This document shows positions 61,466-64,000 of a stretch of DNA of 64,000 nucleotides, piece after piece (the stretch's first letter is position 1; each line of letters starts with the position of its first letter). The notes under the pieces were generated by a model. That model was not told where the DNA came from and made no database searches. It saw nothing but the letters and a program-made list of their open reading frames with translations. This DNA comes from an uncultured Bacilli bacterium (GTDB taxonomy: Bacteria > Bacillota_I > Bacilli_A > RF39 > UBA660), in the NCBI GenBank assembly GCA_947628345.1, contig CANQZM010000001.1, forward strand, positions 2,534 to 66,533. The letters are read 5' to 3'. The position numbers were made by a program, and so were the translations under genes.

Positions 61466-62413
61466 TTATTTTGAAACTAAGAAGTTCATTACTAAATCAA
61501 TTAGGATATCTTTTTCTTTAGGGTTAGATTGTGCAATGAGTAACGTAATTGCAACAAGTGTATTGTTATCAATAATTTGTCCTTTTTCACTATACAAAAT
61601 ATTATAGAATTTTAAGAAATATATAAATAACGTGGCTGCTATTCTTTTGTTTCCATCAATAAAAATATGATTCTTAGTTATTAAATATAAGAAATTAGCT
61701 GCTTTTTCTTGAATAGTAGGATACAAGTCTTTTCCATCAAAAGATTGATAGATATCACCTATTATAGATTTTAAACCTTCATTTCTTTCAAGAGCAAATA
61801 AATCACTATCATTTCCAAATTTGAGTTGACTAACTATATTCTTACAATCTTCATAGGTGATTTTTTTATTATTTTTAGTTCCATTTGGTTTAGATATTTT
61901 TTTATGATCATAATCGTCAAGTAAATTTAAAGCATTTGAGTAATTATTTATTACTTTAATTATTTCTTGAGCTTCTGTTCCTTTTAATTCAGTATCTATT
62001 CTACCTGCAATATCTATTAACTTAATCGTTTTTTCAAGATATTCTAATCTTTTCTGATTAACAGCATAACCATTAATCATATAATCTTTTAATACGTTAT
62101 TTGCCCATTTTCTAAAAATAACACCGTTTTTAGATTTTACACGATAACCAACACTTATAATCATATCAAGGTTATAGTAATCAATATTTCTTTTAACATT
62201 TCTATTACCTTCTTTTTGAACTGTCGCAAATTTTGCGACACTTGAATCATCTAATTCTTCTTTTAAAGCATTATTAATATGTTTACCAATTGTTTTTATA
62301 TCTCTATCATATAATTTTGCTAATTGTTCTCTATTAAGCCATACAGTTTCATCTTTCATATTGACTTCCAATTTAACATTTTGATTTTCAAATAATATAA
62401 TTTCATTTTTCAT
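61466..62413 (-). CDS. RhuM-family N-terminal domain plus Fic/Doc-type C-terminal domain protein
   Basis: N-terminus typical of RhuM (ETVWLNREQLAKLYDRDIKTIGKHI, YYNLDMIISVGYRV); C-terminal Doc-type motif HIFIDGNKR. Confidence 0.65.
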   Translation of the reverse strand: MKNEIILFENQNVKLEVNMKDETVWLNREQLAKLYDRDIKTIGKHINNALKEELDDSSVAKFATVQKEGNRNVKRNIDYYNLDMIISVGYRVKSKNGVIFRKWANNVLKDYMINGYAVNQKRLEYLEKTIKLIDIAGRIDTELKGTEAQEIIKVINNYSNALNLLDDYDHKKISKPNGTKNNKKITYEDCKNIVSQLKFGNDSDLFALERNEGLKSIIGDIYQSFDGKDLYPTIQEKAANFLYLITKNHIFIDGNKRIAATLFIYFLKFYNILYSEKGQIIDNNTLVAITLLIAQSNPKEKDILIDLVMNFLVSK

Positions 62414-62555
62414 TTTTATTGTTTCCTTTCTTTTGATTTATCATATTTATTAACTGGTTTTGTCATTTGTCAAATATTCTTCTCTTACTATGTAAAATTT
62501 TAAATATGTTATGACATTATCACCAGAATATAAATTAGTTATTATTTTAATATAA

Positions 62556-62567
62556 AAACATTTGTTC
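62556..62567. promoter_or_regulatory. AAACATTTGTTC (reverse complement GAACAAATGTTT) LexA-box-like motif upstream of the RhuM/Fic-Doc gene
   Basis: Motif read directly. Confidence 0.35.
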
Positions 62568-62653
62568 GTCAATGCTTTTTCGTTATTTTAAAATATTTTA
62601 TTAGACGCAAGAAAAAACAAACCATGTAACTGGTCTGTTTTTCAGTTTCCTAA

Positions 62654-63076
62654 TTAATCTAATTTATTATATTCTTCATCTGTAACTGATTCTAACCAAA
62701 CATTCTCCGTTTCTTCACCTGGTACTTCTACTGCAATATGACTAAACCAAGAGTCTTTTCTTGCTCCATGCCAATGTTTAACATTTGCAGGAATTACTAC
62801 AATATCTCCTGGAGATAGTTTTTGTACATCTTTCCCTTCTTCCTGATAATATCCGAATCCAGCTGTGCAAATTAATACTTGTCCTCCACCAGATTTGGCT
62901 TTATGAATATGCCAATTATTTCTACAAGAGGGTTCAAAAGTTACGTTGGCAAAACTAATTCCGTTATATGTTTTAGCTAACATATTAATATAGCTTTGTC
63001 CACTAAAATATTCAGCAAAAGCATCATTTGGTTGTCCTAATCCAAAGACATTTAATTTATCAAATTCTTGCCTTTT
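62654..63076 (-). CDS. Cupin domain protein (intact copy; source of the repeated 3' fragments)
   Basis: Cupin motifs HIHKAKSGGGQVLICTAG and GDIVVIPANVKHWHGA. Confidence 0.7.
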   Translation of the reverse strand, partial: KRQEFDKLNVFGLGQPNDAFAEYFSGQSYINMLAKTYNGISFANVTFEPSCRNNWHIHKAKSGGGQVLICTAGFGYYQEEGKDVQKLSPGDIVVIPANVKHWHGARKDSWFSHIAVEVPGEETENVWLESVTDEEYNKLD

Positions 63077-63404
63077 CATTGTTATCTTCACTCCCATAAA
63101 CTTCTTCTATTAAAGGAAAGGTACTCCAAGCCTTAGGCCATCCAGAGTAAAATGCAAGTTGCGTTACTACTTCAACAACTTCTTCTTTTGTAAGTCCATG
63201 TTCTTTTCCGATTGCAAGATGGCTTTTTAATTGTGGAAATAATCCTTGTGCAAATAATGCTGATATAGTAATTAAACTTCTGTCCCTTGCTGATAATTTA
63301 TCTTCTCTTGACCATACCTCCCCAAATAATACATCATCATTTAACTCTGCAAATTTAGGTGCAATATTACCTAACCTATCTCTACCTGCTGTTTGTTTTT
63401 TCAT
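63060..63404 (-). CDS. Carboxymuconolactone decarboxylase (AhpD-like) family protein
   Basis: CMD-family pattern SARDRSLITISALFAQG...HLAIGKEHGLTKEE. Confidence 0.65.
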   Translation of the reverse strand: MKKQTAGRDRLGNIAPKFAELNDDVLFGEVWSREDKLSARDRSLITISALFAQGLFPQLKSHLAIGKEHGLTKEEVVEVVTQLAFYSGWPKAWSTFPLIEEVYGSEDNNEKARI

Positions 63405-63522
63405 TATTCATCACCTTCCAAACTTTTAAATTTTATAAAATTGAATTATATCTATATTATCATATAAATAAATATGAACTGCATCAGGAATAATCATTAG
63501 TTCCTTATTACTTGAATAATTA

Positions 63523-64000
63523 CTATTTGTCTATAACTTTCTTAATCTGTTCTAGTGAAATTGGACCTACTCTTAAAATTTTGACTTCTTCAGAAGTACA
63601 ATCCACAATCGTACTTGCCATTGAAAAAGAAACTTTTCCTTCCATAATTCCATCTAAAAGAGGGCACGATTTTTCTATTTCATCTAAATTGGTACATTCA
63701 GGGCTTCCACTTTTATTAGCACTTGTCATAAATATTGGACTTTCTGTTTTTTTAATCAATTCTTTTATTGAATCTGATGTAGCCATTCTTACAGCAATTG
63801 TTGCTTTACCATTTGTAACATATTCTGGCAAAATATTATTTTTCTTTAAAACCAGAGTAATTGGACCAGGCATAAATGCCTTAATTATTTTTTCTGCCGT
63901 TTCATTTACAATTGCTATACTTTTTATCTGCTCCTCATTTGCACACATAACAGGAAAAGGTTTATTTGCAGAGCGTTTTTTTACTTCAATTAGTTTATAA
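63523..64000 (-). CDS. tsaC: L-threonylcarbamoyladenylate synthase (YrdC/Sua5 domain); N-terminus beyond window end
   Basis: YrdC-domain motifs (PGPITLVL, IAVRMATS, MTSANKSG). Confidence 0.7.
   Translation of the reverse strand, partial: YKLIEVKKRSANKPFPVMCANEEQIKSIAIVNETAEKIIKAFMPGPITLVLKKNNILPEYVTNGKATIAVRMATSDSIKELIKKTESPIFMTSANKSGSPECTNLDEIEKSCPLLDGIMEGKVSFSMASTIVDCTSEEVKILRVGPISLEQIKKVIDK

Noticed and set aside
1-64000. Possibility of genetic code 4 (TGA=Trp) or TAA reassignment, given the extreme AT-richness and the in-frame TAA in the DGR target
   Set aside because: Dozens of long conserved genes (nrdD, tex, prkC, pcrA, nadE) are intact under the standard code and end at TAA/TAG/TGA. 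A single in-frame stop does not justify recoding.

Overview
AT-rich Firmicutes (Clostridia-like) chromosomal window, standard genetic code. Long ORFs stay intact, which rules out code 4. Roughly three blocks.

(1) Core block 1..22.4 kb on the minus strand: nrdD-nrdG, a Crp/Fnr regulator, tex, the conserved rlmN-stp-prkC-rsgA-rpe cluster, pcrA, a dinD-like gene, and a sortase plus thioester-domain (TQXA) adhesin pair.

(2) An NMT1/SsuA-type ABC transporter operon (binding protein, ATPase, permease) broken twice. Its binding-protein gene is split by a ~21.3 kb composite insertion (23258..44557). That insertion carries a large serine recombinase, a hybrid histidine kinase, an MMPL transporter, a TetR regulator, an SDR oxidoreductase, a DUF2201 VWA/metallopeptidase plus MoxR-like AAA+ ATPase module, a complete diversity-generating retroelement (avd, TR, RT, VR), an IS30-family IS and deoD. 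The ATPase gene is split by a ~10.4 kb island (45370..55760) bounded by a 10-bp direct repeat. That island ends in a large serine recombinase and encodes a full Preiss-Handler NAD salvage set (pncA, pncB, nadD, nadE, nadK, an NrtR-like regulator, an ADP-ribose Nudix) plus a CDF transporter.

(3) 56.9..63.4 kb: an array of four direct repeats of the 3' end of a cupin gene. Each precedes a different single-gene cassette (RhuM/Fic-Doc, Bro-N/DinD-like, inositol monophosphatase, hypothetical). The upstream regions carry GAAC-N4-GTTT motifs resembling clostridial LexA boxes.

The most notable feature is the DGR. Its 74-bp TR and VR differ only at 8 adenine positions. Its VR lies in frame immediately upstream of the MoxR AAA+ ORF. 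That ORF has no start codon of its own and is separated from the VR by a single TAA present in both TR and VR.
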